DNA of 53,530 nt from the NCBI GenBank assembly GCA_041640655.1, contig JBEPZV010000016.1, forward strand, positions 1-53,530. Direction: 5' to 3'. This stretch comes from a bacterium. GTDB taxonomy: Bacteria; Acidobacteriota; Blastocatellia; HR10. Numbering within the stretch: position 1 is the first letter of the stretch; each line of letters begins with the position of its first letter. A program made the translations under genes and the position numbers. Shown here one piece after another: positions 1 to 9,783 of this stretch. The notes under the pieces are model-generated. The model searched no databases. It was not told the DNA's origin and saw nothing but the letters and a program-made list of their open reading frames with translations.

Positions 1-38
1 TGCCTCCTTCCGCAGACGCGCACTCGAGGAGAGAGACG

Positions 39-1058
39 ATGACGGTCATAGGTCTTACAGGACTTGGTCTTTATATCCCGGAACGCACGATGACGGCTGA
101 GGAATTGGCCGCGGCCTCCGGGATCCCGGCCGAGGTGATCCGCACGAAGTTCGGGTTGAATCAGAAGCATCTCGCCGATGTCGCCGGGAAGGGAGAGACC
201 GTCTCCATGATGGCTGCTGAAGCTGGGCGACGCGCTCTTCAGGATGCCGGAGTGGCTCCGGAGGAGGTCAACGCCTTGATCTACTTCGGGAGCATGCACA
301 AGGACTACTATGTGTGGCTGGCTGCGCCGCGCATTCAAGAGCTTTTAGGAGCGCGGCGCGCCTACGCGTTTGAAATCAGCGGAGCATCGGCCGGGCTTCC
401 CTTCGCCTTGAAGGCGGCCCGAAGTATGATGCTCACGGATCCCGCCTTGCGCCATGTGTTGCTGGTGGCGGCTTCGACCGAGTCTATGCTCTTGGACTAC
501 ACGAATCACCGTGCGCGTTTCATGTTCAACTTCGGCGATGGAGCAGCGGCGTGCTTGCTCCGCCGCGATTTCCCCGCCAACATCATCTTAGAATCCGCCT
601 TCCTCACTGACGGCCGCTTCGCCGAATTCGTTCGCGTTCCGGCCGGAGGAGCTGTGCTCCCCCCCAGCCACGAGACCGTCGAGCGCCGTCTGCACGTTCT
701 CGACGTCACTGATCCCGCGCGAATGAAAGAAATGCTCGACCCTATCTCAGTGGACAGCTTCGTGCGTGTCGTGCGAGAGGCCCTGGCCCGCAGCGGGTGC
801 CTCCGCCCTGACTTCCTGATCCCCTTGCACACGAAACGCTCGCTCTTTGAGACGCTGCTATCCGCACTCGGGCTGACGGAATCACAAGCGATCTACCTCT
901 CGGATTACGGCCACCTCTCAGCAGCCGATCCGTTGCTCGGACTCCACCTGGCCCGGCAAGAGGGGCGATTGCGCGACGGGGATGTGGTGGTCCTGCTGAG
1001 CGCGGGGACTGGATACTCCTGGGGAGCAACGGTCATTCGATGGGGGAGGTCCGCATGA
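39..1058 (+). CDS. 3-oxoacyl-ACP synthase III (FabH-like) family protein with atypical active site
   Basis: KAS-III motifs FGDGAAA, YGHLSAAD and SAGTGYSWGA; AFEISGASAG aligns with FabH AFDxxAAC, with Ser in place of Cys; GAGGAG SD upstream. Confidence 0.85.
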   Translation: MTVIGLTGLGLYIPERTMTAEELAAASGIPAEVIRTKFGLNQKHLADVAGKGETVSMMAAEAGRRALQDAGVAPEEVNALIYFGSMHKDYYVWLAAPRIQELLGARRAYAFEISGASAGLPFALKAARSMMLTDPALRHVLLVAASTESMLLDYTNHRARFMFNFGDGAAACLLRRDFPANIILESAFLTDGRFAEFVRVPAGGAVLPPSHETVERRLHVLDVTDPARMKEMLDPISVDSFVRVVREALARSGCLRPDFLIPLHTKRSLFETLLSALGLTESQAIYLSDYGHLSAADPLLGLHLARQEGRLRDGDVVVLLSAGTGYSWGATVIRWGRSA

Positions 1059-1459
1059 GCGACCTACGCATCGGTGCGAGCGCCTCTTGGTCGAAGACGA
1101 TCACCATGGCCGACATTCGGGCTTTCGCCGCCCTCACCGGCGACGAGAACCCACTTCATGTGGACGAGGCTTTCGCTCGAACGACGCGCTTTGGCCGACC
1201 GATCGCTCATGGCATGTTGGTGGCGAGTTTGATCTCGGCGGTGCTGAGCCGATCTCTCCCCGGACCGGGGACGATCTACCTCAGCCAGAGTCTCGAATTC
1301 GTCCGCCCCGTCTATCCGGGCGATACGATCACCGCCCGGGTGGAGGTGACCGAGATTCGGGACGATAAGCCGGTGGTCACGCTGATCACGCGATGCGTGA
1401 ACCAACATGGGGAAGAAGTCGTGCGCGGGAAAGCCATCGTCCTCGCTCCCGGAACTTGA
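1055..1459 (+). CDS. MaoC/PhaJ-like (R)-enoyl-CoA hydratase
   Basis: GDENPLH hydratase motif, AHGML and PGPGTIY; ATG overlaps the upstream TGA (ATGA); GGAGGT SD at 1045-1050. Confidence 0.9.
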   Translation: MSDLRIGASASWSKTITMADIRAFAALTGDENPLHVDEAFARTTRFGRPIAHGMLVASLISAVLSRSLPGPGTIYLSQSLEFVRPVYPGDTITARVEVTEIRDDKPVVTLITRCVNQHGEEVVRGKAIVLAPGT

Positions 1460-1517
1460 CGCGTATGAGGGGGGATCGCGTCGGACTCAGAGCGATGGCG
1501 GTCTTCGGCCGCCCACC

Positions 1518-1545
1518 TTGACATGTTCCCCTCCTCTGCTACGCT
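1518..1545 (+). promoter_or_regulatory. putative sigma70 promoter of the tandem TetR gene
   Basis: TTGACA (1518-1523), 16 bp spacer, TGc-TACGCT (extended -10, 1540-1545). Confidence 0.5.
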
Positions 1546-1554
1546 TTCCCTTCA

Positions 1555-2838
1555 ATGGGCCTGATGACGCGTGCGGCGAAAAAAACGCGAGCGCCCTCGA
1601 CCGCGCGAGGTTTGGCGACGAGGGAACGCCTGCTGGCCGCCGCCCAAGAGGTCTTCGCCGAAGGGAGCTATCATGAGGCGTCCGTCTCCGCCATTTGCCG
1701 CCGCGCGGGTGTCGCTCTCGGGACCTTCTACCAATACTTCGCCGATAAGGAGGCGATCTTCTCCGAATTGGTCGCGCGCGCCAGCATGGCTTTGCAGGTG
1801 GAGCTCACTCGTGCCCTGCACGCCGAGGGTGACCTTCGCGCGCAACTGGATCGCATCCTGACGACGTTCTTCGCCTTCATCCGCCACCATCGAGCCTCTT
1901 ATCGGATCTTTCGAGAAGTGGAATTCATCAACAAGCGCATGCACCATCGGTTCTACGATGGGCTCATCGCGCTCTTACGAGAATTCCTGGCCGAGCGCCG
2001 TCGCCGCGGGCAGGTTCGCGCCCTCGATCCTGAGGTGGCCGCCCTCGCCCTTATCGGCGTGGCGTACTTCCTGACCCTCCGATGGCTCATCCTCGGTCCC
2101 GGCGAGGTCCCCGAATCCGCTCGTCACACAGCCGTCGAGTTCCTCATGTCCGGGATCGACACCGGCCATCCCCTCGCTTCCTCCCCGCAACATCTCGGCA
2201 GCGCTCCCCCCTTCAGCGAAGTCACCCCGCCCTCTCCCGCGACGCGTGGCGCCCTCTCTCGCCAGAGACTGCTGCAAGCCGCCAGAGCATGCTTCAGCCG
2301 CAAAGGCTTCTACGCGACGTCCATCGCTGAGATCACCCGGCGCGCGGGAGTCTCACTCGGAGCCTTCTACCTCTACTTCTCCAGCAAGACCGAGATCCTC
2401 GATGAGCTGGTTCGGGATCTCAACGCACAACTGCGCCGGAATGCCCGCGCGGCGATCGCCGGCCTCACCGACCGCCGCGAGATCGAGCGCGAGGGCTTCC
2501 GCGCCTTCTTCCGCTTCATCCGCCAAAATCGCGAGGCCTATCGCATCGTCCGCGAAGCCGAATTCGTCTCCCCCTCGGTCGCCCGCTGGTACTTCGAGCG
2601 ATTGGCCCACGGATATGTCCGCGGACTCCAAGAAGGAATGCGTCGCGGAGAGATTCGCCCGCTGGATGCGGAGGCCTTGGCGTATTGTCTCATGGGCATC
2701 GGTCACTTCGTGGGCCTGCGCTGGGTCGTCTGGTCCAAGCGCTCCTCGCTGCCCAAACACGTTCTCCAGCATGTGATGGACTTGATCCTTCACGGCTTGA
2801 AAGCCCACTCGCTCCAGGAGGAAGGATCCCCATCCTAG
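1555..2838 (+). CDS. tandem (two-domain) TetR/AcrR family transcriptional regulator
   Basis: Two TetR HTH domains (AGVALGTFYQYFADK; AGVSLGAFYLYFSSK), each followed by a similar C-domain (YRIFREVEF / YRIVREAEF), joined by a Pro/Ser linker. Confidence 0.9.
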   Translation: MGLMTRAAKKTRAPSTARGLATRERLLAAAQEVFAEGSYHEASVSAICRRAGVALGTFYQYFADKEAIFSELVARASMALQVELTRALHAEGDLRAQLDRILTTFFAFIRHHRASYRIFREVEFINKRMHHRFYDGLIALLREFLAERRRRGQVRALDPEVAALALIGVAYFLTLRWLILGPGEVPESARHTAVEFLMSGIDTGHPLASSPQHLGSAPPFSEVTPPSPATRGALSRQRLLQAARACFSRKGFYATSIAEITRRAGVSLGAFYLYFSSKTEILDELVRDLNAQLRRNARAAIAGLTDRREIEREGFRAFFRFIRQNREAYRIVREAEFVSPSVARWYFERLAHGYVRGLQEGMRRGEIRPLDAEALAYCLMGIGHFVGLRWVVWSKRSSLPKHVLQHVMDLILHGLKAHSLQEEGSPS

Positions 2839-2931
2839 GGATGGATAGGTCCCTCGCCGATCTTGAGGACCGGAGCTTGGGTCCTTCAGCGCGAAGCTCG
2901 TTGAGGGTTGCAAAATTGGCAATGTTGTGAT

Positions 2932-2951
2932 ATATGAATCATGCATCATAT
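2932..2951. promoter_or_regulatory. candidate operator palindrome upstream of TBDR
   Basis: ATATGA-atcatgca-TCATAT in an AT-rich patch; TTGCAA at 2908-2913 lies 17 bp before TATATG. Confidence 0.5.
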
Positions 2952-2971
2952 TTTCGATAAGGAGGTGCGAG

Positions 2972-5900
2972 ATGCGCGAGAGAGGGATAGGGCTCATCCT
3001 CGGAGGTCTCCTCCTCGCGGGGTCCGCCATCGGTTCCCATCCCCCCCAAACGGCTTCGACCGGGCAGATTGTCGGGGTCGTGCGAGATCCGCGGGGAGCG
3101 GCCTTGCCCGAAGTCACCGTATGGGCGACAGAGGTGGCGACGGGCCTTCGTCGCGAGACCACGACCGATGAGGCGGGGAAGTACGCCTTCCCCATGCTCC
3201 CCCCTGGCACATACAAGCTCGAATTCCGCCGCATCGGATTCAAGACGCTCGTCCGCGAGAACATCAGCGTCCGTCTGACGCTCACGACGACGGTAGACGT
3301 CACCTTGGATATTGCTCCCCTTGAGCCGGAGACGATCACGGTGATGGAAGAAGCGCCTCTGTTGCAAACCGAGCGGCCGACGACCGGTCGAGTCATCGAA
3401 GAGCGCGCGATTCGGCAACTGCCGCTGGCGACGCGCAATTTCCAACAACTGCTGGCGCTCTCGCCGGGCACGCTCGCCTCGGTCGTGCGCAATACGGATG
3501 TCGGCCGCGGCGATGCCATCATTCAGGTCAACGGCCAGCGCCAGACGCAGAACAACTTGCAGATCAACGGCGTGGATGCGAATTCCATCGCCCTGCACTC
3601 GACCTTCAATCTGCCGGTCCCGGCCACCGAAGCCATCCAAGAGTTCATCGTTCAGACGAGCCTCTACGATGCGTCGCAAGGGCGCAATAGCGGAGGCGTC
3701 ATCGCCGCCGTCACCAAATCCGGGACGAACGAGTTTCACGGCAACGTCTACGAGTTCCTCCGCAATCGCGTGCTCAACGCCAACGATTTCTTCTTGAATG
3801 CCTCCGGCCAGAAACGGCCGATTCTCACGCGCAATCAATTCGGCTTCACGCTAGGCGGCCCCATCGTCAGGGATGAGACGTTCTTCTTCGTCTCCTACCA
3901 GGGCACGCGCGAGCGTAACGGCGCTTCGCTCATCAACAGCGTGACGAGCCTGATCTTGCCCTCGGCCCTGACCGACAACCGCAGCGCCGAGGCGCTGGCG
4001 GCGGTCGGCAACACGCTCCTGCCCGCGGGCGCGACGCCGCTCCGTCCCTCCGACATTCATCCGGTCGCGCTCGCTCTGCTCAACGCGCGCTTTCCCGATG
4101 GGCGTCTGGTCATTCCGAGTCCGCCGCCCAGCCCGGGTCTCTTCACCACGCTCACGCAATCGGGCATTTCGCGCTTTCGTGAGGATCAGTTCAACATCAA
4201 CCTCGACCATCGCTTCACTCCCAACCACACGCTCTCGGGCAAGTTCTTCTTCAACAACGACACGACCGATGCGGCCATCACCTCGTTCGTGATTCGTCCG
4301 GCCAACGCCGCGCTCGGCTGGGGCGGGCCGCTCCAGCGCAATAACCGGGTCTTCTCGCTGCGCGATACGCTCGTCCTCACGCCGACGCTCCTCAATGAGG
4401 CGCGCTTCGGCTACGCGCGCATCTTCCTCGAAGCGGTCCCTCGCGAGCCCTTCACAGCAGCCCAGTTCGGTATCGAGAGCCCGCTTCGGACGCTCTTCCC
4501 CGGCCTGCCGCAGATCAACATCTTCGGCCTGTTCACCCTCGGCCCAGAAGGGCTCTTTGATGCCGAGGTCGTCCAGGAACATTTCACCTACGGGAATACG
4601 CTCACATGGACGAGAGGACGACATACGCTTCGCGCGGGGTTCGAAGGGCGACACTATCCGTTCCTGCTCCGATTCCGACTGTGGAACCGCGGGTTCATCC
4701 AGTTCCTCAGCTTCACGGACTTTCTCCAGGGTGACATGTTCATCTCCTTCATCGGCTCGGGCGATCCCGAGCGCGAGCCCCGCATCCGCGATCTGGCGGC
4801 CTTCGTGCAGGAAGATTTCAAGGTCACGGATCGGCTGACGCTCAATCTCGGCCTTCGATATGAGCTGCTCGGCTACATGAGCGAAGTGCGCGGGCGATTG
4901 GTCGGCTTCTTCCCCGATCAATACCGATCGGGGCCTCCGCCGAACGGCTTCGTGCTCGCGGGGAACGCCACGGTCTCGCTCCCCAACGTGCCGCCAGTCG
5001 AGAAGACCCTCATCCCTCAGGATGAGAACAACTGGGCGCCGCGCTTCGGTATGGCCTGGCGGCTTCATGATCGCCTCGTCCTGCGTGGCGGCTATGGCCT
5101 CTACTTCATCCGCACGTCGGGGCAAATCGGCGGGGGGATTCAACTCTTCAACTATCCGTTCTTCGTCCTGCCGGTCGGGGCCGGATCGCGCCTCCTACAA
5201 TCGCTCGGATTCCCACTGCCGGTGGCGCGCACGCTCGGCTTGCCATTCAACCGTCCCTTCATTCAGGTACCGCCACCGTCGGCCTTCCCCGTGGTTCCGA
5301 CGATCCCGTCACCGTTGCGGGATCAATTCGGCAATCCCATCCCCATCTCGGGCGTCTACCTGGATCGCGGATTCCGCACCCCCTACACCCATCAGTTCGG
5401 GCTGAACCTGCAATGGGAGATGGCCCGCTCGCTGCTTCTCGAAATCGGATACACGGGGACGCGAGGGATCAAGCTCACGCAGCTCTTCAACCTCAATCAG
5501 CCCGTCTTCGACCGAGCGACGGGGCGGTTCATTACTCCCCTGCCGGCGTTCTCCAACAACGGGAACATCGCCGCGGGCTTGCACCTGATCCAGACGACAG
5601 GGCAATCCTACTACCACTCGCTGCAGCTCTCAGCCACGAAGCGCCTGAGTCGCGGATTGTCCTTCCTGGCATCGTACACGCTCAGCAAATCCATAGATAC
5701 GAACTCCGGCCCGCTGGCTGGCGATCTGGCCGCCAATCCCGGCGATCAGCAGAATCATCGGTTGAATCGCGGGCTCTCGGATTGGGATCGGACGCACCGG
5801 CTCGTCTACAGTTTCGTCTACGACCTGCCGAAATTCTACGATGGGGATTCGGGGGTCGGGAGACGGCTGCTCAACGACTGGCAGATCGCGGGCGTCGTCG

Positions 5901-6343
5901 TCTTTCAATCCGGGACGCCCTTCACCGTCTTCGCTACCGGGGGAGGTGGCGGTATGAATCTGACGCGCGCCAATTTCGCGCCGGGATTCCGCGGATCGGC
6001 CGAACTGAGCGGTTCGGTCACGGCTCGGCTCACGCGCTTCTTCAACACGGCCGCGTTCGTCCCCCCGCTTGGCGCGACCTTCGATCCGAATGCTCCCTTC
6101 GGCAACACGGGGAGGAACATCTTGCGCGGACCAGATCAGCGCAACGCGGATTTCTCGGTCATCAAGTTCATCCCCATCACTGAGAGAACGCGCATGGAGT
6201 TCCGCGCCGAGTTTTTCAATCTGACGAACACACCGAGCTTCGCCAATCCCGATTCGAATGTGCTCTCCTCGGCGTTCGGCCGGATCTCGAGCACGAGCAC
6301 GGGCCCGCGCGTGATTCAATTCGCGCTGAAGCTCAATTGGTGA
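2972..6343 (+). CDS. TonB-dependent receptor, Oar-like, with N-terminal carboxypeptidase-regulatory-like domain
   Basis: Signal peptide, TKSGTNEFHG, NQFGFTLGGP, LTLNLGLRYE, C-terminal IQFALKLNW; AAGGAGGT SD before ATG 2972. Confidence 0.92.
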   Translation: MRERGIGLILGGLLLAGSAIGSHPPQTASTGQIVGVVRDPRGAALPEVTVWATEVATGLRRETTTDEAGKYAFPMLPPGTYKLEFRRIGFKTLVRENISVRLTLTTTVDVTLDIAPLEPETITVMEEAPLLQTERPTTGRVIEERAIRQLPLATRNFQQLLALSPGTLASVVRNTDVGRGDAIIQVNGQRQTQNNLQINGVDANSIALHSTFNLPVPATEAIQEFIVQTSLYDASQGRNSGGVIAAVTKSGTNEFHGNVYEFLRNRVLNANDFFLNASGQKRPILTRNQFGFTLGGPIVRDETFFFVSYQGTRERNGASLINSVTSLILPSALTDNRSAEALAAVGNTLLPAGATPLRPSDIHPVALALLNARFPDGRLVIPSPPPSPGLFTTLTQSGISRFREDQFNINLDHRFTPNHTLSGKFFFNNDTTDAAITSFVIRPANAALGWGGPLQRNNRVFSLRDTLVLTPTLLNEARFGYARIFLEAVPREPFTAAQFGIESPLRTLFPGLPQINIFGLFTLGPEGLFDAEVVQEHFTYGNTLTWTRGRHTLRAGFEGRHYPFLLRFRLWNRGFIQFLSFTDFLQGDMFISFIGSGDPEREPRIRDLAAFVQEDFKVTDRLTLNLGLRYELLGYMSEVRGRLVGFFPDQYRSGPPPNGFVLAGNATVSLPNVPPVEKTLIPQDENNWAPRFGMAWRLHDRLVLRGGYGLYFIRTSGQIGGGIQLFNYPFFVLPVGAGSRLLQSLGFPLPVARTLGLPFNRPFIQVPPPSAFPVVPTIPSPLRDQFGNPIPISGVYLDRGFRTPYTHQFGLNLQWEMARSLLLEIGYTGTRGIKLTQLFNLNQPVFDRATGRFITPLPAFSNNGNIAAGLHLIQTTGQSYYHSLQLSATKRLSRGLSFLASYTLSKSIDTNSGPLAGDLAANPGDQQNHRLNRGLSDWDRTHRLVYSFVYDLPKFYDGDSGVGRRLLNDWQIAGVVVFQSGTPFTVFATGGGGGMNLTRANFAPGFRGSAELSGSVTARLTRFFNTAAFVPPLGATFDPNAPFGNTGRNILRGPDQRNADFSVIKFIPITERTRMEFRAEFFNLTNTPSFANPDSNVLSSAFGRISSTSTGPRVIQFALKLNW

Positions 6344-6422
6344 TGGAGCGTGGACTTGTGGTGTGCTCTCCGCATGGGGTAAAAATGGACGGAGTGAATC
6401 ACACCATGGCGGAGGTGCGACT

Positions 6423-7847
6423 ATGGTGAAGGAGTATCCCTTTCTCCTTGGGGGCGAGCCGAGGTATTCGGGGGCGAGGGTGGAGATTCGGGATCCGTAC
6501 GATCGCGCGGTGATTGGCGTGGTCCATTGGGCGTCGGCGGGGGAGGCGGCGGAGGCGGTGGCGGGGGCCGTGCGCGCGTTTGAGGAGACGCGACGGTTGC
6601 CGTCACATGCGCGGGCGGAGGTCCTGCGGCGCGTGGCGGCGGCATTGAGCGAGCGGCGGGAGGAGTTGGCTCAGCTCATCACCCGCGAGGCGGGCAAGCC
6701 GATTCGGGATGCGCGCCTGGAGGTGGCGCGCGCCATTCAGACCTTCACCGTGGCGGCCGAGGAGGCCAAGCGCATAGGCGGGGAGGTGTTGCCCCTGGAT
6801 TGGATGGCGGGGTCGGAGAACCGCTGGGCGCTCATTCGTCGCTTCCCCATCGGGCCCATTCTGGGTATCACGCCGTTCAATTTCCCGCTCAATCTGGTGG
6901 CGCACAAGGTGGCACCGGCGCTGGCCGCGGGCAATCCCATCCTCATCAAGCCGGCGCCGCAGACACCGCTCTCGGCGTTGGCGTTAGGGGAGATGGTGGT
7001 TCGAGCGGGATGGCCGCGCGGGGGGATCAGCGTCCTGCCCTGCGCGAATGAGGTGGTGGGTGAGCTGCTGCGGGATGAGCGGATCCGGATGCTCTCGTTC
7101 ACGGGGAGTGCGGAGGTCGGCTGGAGGCTGAAGGCGCAGGTGCCGAAGAAGCGGGTGACGCTGGAGTTGGGGGGGAATGCCGCCGTCCTCGTGCACGAGG
7201 ATGCCGATCTGGAGTACGCGGCGCGGCGGGCGGTGTATGGGGGCTTCGCCTACGCGGGGCAGACGTGCATCTCGGTGCAGCGGATTCTCGTCCACGAGGC
7301 GGTGAGCGAATCCTTTCTGACTCGGCTCCTGGAAGGGGTGCGGGATCTGGTCGTGGGGGATCCGAAGGAGGAGACGACCGACGTGGGGCCGATGATCAGC
7401 GAGGCGGCTGCCGAGCGGGCCGAGCAGTGGATTCGGGAGGCCGTGGCCGCGGGAGCGCGCGTGTTGGTGGGGGGCGAGCGGCAGGGGGCATTTCTGATGC
7501 CGACGGTGCTCGCTGATGCGCCGCCGGAGACGAAGGTCTGGAGCGAGGAGGTGTTCGCTCCGGTGGTGGTGGTGAACCGATACGCCGATTTCGAGGAGGC
7601 GCTGCGACAGGTCAACGCCTCGCGCTATGGACTTCAGGCCGGCCTCTTCACCCGCGACATGCGGCGCATCTTCCGGGCCTACGAGGTCCTGGAGGTCGGC
7701 GGGCTCATCGTCAACGATGTGCCCACCTATCGCGCCGATCACATGCCCTACGGCGGCGTGAAGGATTCAGGCTTCGGCCGCGAAGGCGTGCGCGCGGCCA
7801 TCGAGGAGATGACCGAAGCTCGCCTCCTCGCCCTGAACCTGAATTGA
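6423..7847 (+). CDS. aldehyde dehydrogenase family protein
   Basis: PFNFP, FTGS, LELGGN (catalytic Glu), GQTCIS (catalytic Cys), EEVFAP; GGAGGT SD. Confidence 0.93.
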   Translation: MVKEYPFLLGGEPRYSGARVEIRDPYDRAVIGVVHWASAGEAAEAVAGAVRAFEETRRLPSHARAEVLRRVAAALSERREELAQLITREAGKPIRDARLEVARAIQTFTVAAEEAKRIGGEVLPLDWMAGSENRWALIRRFPIGPILGITPFNFPLNLVAHKVAPALAAGNPILIKPAPQTPLSALALGEMVVRAGWPRGGISVLPCANEVVGELLRDERIRMLSFTGSAEVGWRLKAQVPKKRVTLELGGNAAVLVHEDADLEYAARRAVYGGFAYAGQTCISVQRILVHEAVSESFLTRLLEGVRDLVVGDPKEETTDVGPMISEAAAERAEQWIREAVAAGARVLVGGERQGAFLMPTVLADAPPETKVWSEEVFAPVVVVNRYADFEEALRQVNASRYGLQAGLFTRDMRRIFRAYEVLEVGGLIVNDVPTYRADHMPYGGVKDSGFGREGVRAAIEEMTEARLLALNLN

Positions 7848-7852
7848 GAGAG

Positions 7853-8659
7853 ATGCCGCGCACGAGGGTCAATGGGATCGAGCTGTATTACGAAGTCCAC
7901 GGCGCCGGGGAGCCGCTACTTCTGATCGCCGGACTCGGATTCGGCGCTTGGAGCTGGTTCCGCCAACTCCCGGATTTCTCGCGAGAGTTCCTGACCATCG
8001 CTTTCGACAATCGGGGGGCGGGTCTCTCGGAGAAGCCCGATTGTGACTACACCATCGAGATGATGGCCGAAGACGCCGCGGGACTCCTTCGCGCACTGAA
8101 CGTGGAGCGAACTCACGTGCTCGGTCACTCGATGGGAGGATACATCGCGCAAGAGCTGGCGCTGCGTCATCCCGATGTCGTCGCCAAACTCGTCCTGGTC
8201 TCGACGAGCTTTGGCGGGGAGAACGCCGTGCTCATGTCTCCCGAAACAGCGGCGCAGATGCGCTCGGAATTGGAGGCCACGGGCGAGGAGAAGGAGAGGG
8301 CCTTGCGTCGCGGCCTCGTGCTGCGCTTCAGCGAGCGCTTCCTCGCCGAGCGTTCGGAGATCGTCGAAGAATTCCTCGCGCGGCGCAAGGCCCATCTCCC
8401 CCCGGCGGATGCGTGGCAGCGGCAATTCGCCGCCTGCCTCCGCTTTGAGACCGAATCGCGTTTGAGCGCGCTCCGCGCTCCGACGCTGATTCTGACCGGC
8501 AGTGACGACCCAATCGTCCCGCCGGAGAACTCCTTTCGACTCGCCCGCGCCATCGCAGGAGCTCAGCTGGTCGTCTTCCCCGGAGCACGCCACCTCGTCT
8601 TCATCGAGCGCGCGGAGGACTTCAATCGCCTCGTCATCGAATTCGTGAAAGGAGCGTGA
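7853..8659 (+). CDS. alpha/beta fold hydrolase
   Basis: GHSMGG nucleophile elbow, DNRGAG, GSDD acid, C-terminal His (GARH). Confidence 0.9.
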   Translation: MPRTRVNGIELYYEVHGAGEPLLLIAGLGFGAWSWFRQLPDFSREFLTIAFDNRGAGLSEKPDCDYTIEMMAEDAAGLLRALNVERTHVLGHSMGGYIAQELALRHPDVVAKLVLVSTSFGGENAVLMSPETAAQMRSELEATGEEKERALRRGLVLRFSERFLAERSEIVEEFLARRKAHLPPADAWQRQFAACLRFETESRLSALRAPTLILTGSDDPIVPPENSFRLARAIAGAQLVVFPGARHLVFIERAEDFNRLVIEFVKGA

Positions 8660-8662
8660 AGG

Positions 8663-9760
8663 ATGAGAACAGCGAAGGCGGCTGTCATGCCGGACTTTCA
8701 CCGTCCCCTGGAGATCCGCGAGTATCCTCTGCCGGAGGCGTTGGACCCCGGCATGGTGCTCGTCCGCGTCGAGATGGCTGGCATCTGTGGGACGGATGTC
8801 CACCTCTGGAAAGGACAGCTTCCGATCCCGCGTCCTCTCATCCTCGGCCACGAGACCGTGGGGACGATCGTGAAACTGGGCGAGGGAGTGACGGCGGATT
8901 GGACCGGAGCCCCCTTGAGCGAAGGCGATCGCGTGACGTGGTACGCCGGGCGCTTGTGCGGCCAATGCTTCTACTGCGTGCGCAAGCGACAACCCACGCG
9001 CTGCCTCAAGCGCCGAGCCTATGGCATCACGTATGCCTGCGACACTCCCCCGCACTTCCTCGGCGGTTACGCGGAATACCACGTGCTGCTCCCAGGATCG
9101 GCGATCTTCAAACTGACCGATCTCTCCACGGAGATGGTCATCGGCGCCGGGTGTGCGCTCAACACGGCCGTTCATGGTATCGAGCGCGTGGGGATCAGTT
9201 GGGGTGACATCGTCGTCATCCAGGGGAGCGGTCCTGTGGGCCTGGCGGCACTCGCCGTGGCCAAGACCGCAGGCGCTCATCTCACGATCGTGATCGGCGG
9301 CCCGGCGCACCGGCTTGAATTGGCCAAACGATTCGGGGCTGATCAGACGATCTCCATCGAGGACGCGCCCGATCCGGGAGAGCGAATCGAGCGCGTGCGA
9401 TCGCTCTCCGGCGGCTACGGGGCCGATGTCGTCATCGAATGCGTGGGGATTCCCAGCGCGGTCGCGGAAGGATGGGAGATGTGTCGTGATGGGGGGAAGT
9501 ATCTGGTGCTCGGCCACTACGGCGATGCGGGTCCGACGGCGCTCAATCCCCACGTGATCACCCGCAAGCAACTGACCGTCTACGGCTCGTGGGCGAGCGA
9601 ACCCCGCCACATGGCTATGGCGTTAGAGTTCTTGAGGCGAGCGGGTGATCGCTTTCCCTTCGATCGTTTGGTCTCTCACCGCTTCCCGCTGGACCGGGCA
9701 GCCGAGGCTCTCGAAGCGACCGCGCGCTGGACATCCATCAAAAGCGTGATCGTCCCCTGA
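8663..9760 (+). CDS. zinc-dependent alcohol dehydrogenase (MDR family)
   Basis: GICGTD, GHE, CGQCFYC...C structural Zn, GSGPVG Rossmann motif. Confidence 0.92.
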   Translation: MRTAKAAVMPDFHRPLEIREYPLPEALDPGMVLVRVEMAGICGTDVHLWKGQLPIPRPLILGHETVGTIVKLGEGVTADWTGAPLSEGDRVTWYAGRLCGQCFYCVRKRQPTRCLKRRAYGITYACDTPPHFLGGYAEYHVLLPGSAIFKLTDLSTEMVIGAGCALNTAVHGIERVGISWGDIVVIQGSGPVGLAALAVAKTAGAHLTIVIGGPAHRLELAKRFGADQTISIEDAPDPGERIERVRSLSGGYGADVVIECVGIPSAVAEGWEMCRDGGKYLVLGHYGDAGPTALNPHVITRKQLTVYGSWASEPRHMAMALEFLRRAGDRFPFDRLVSHRFPLDRAAEALEATARWTSIKSVIVP

Positions 9761-9783
9761 CGCTCGCCCGAACCTTCACGGCT

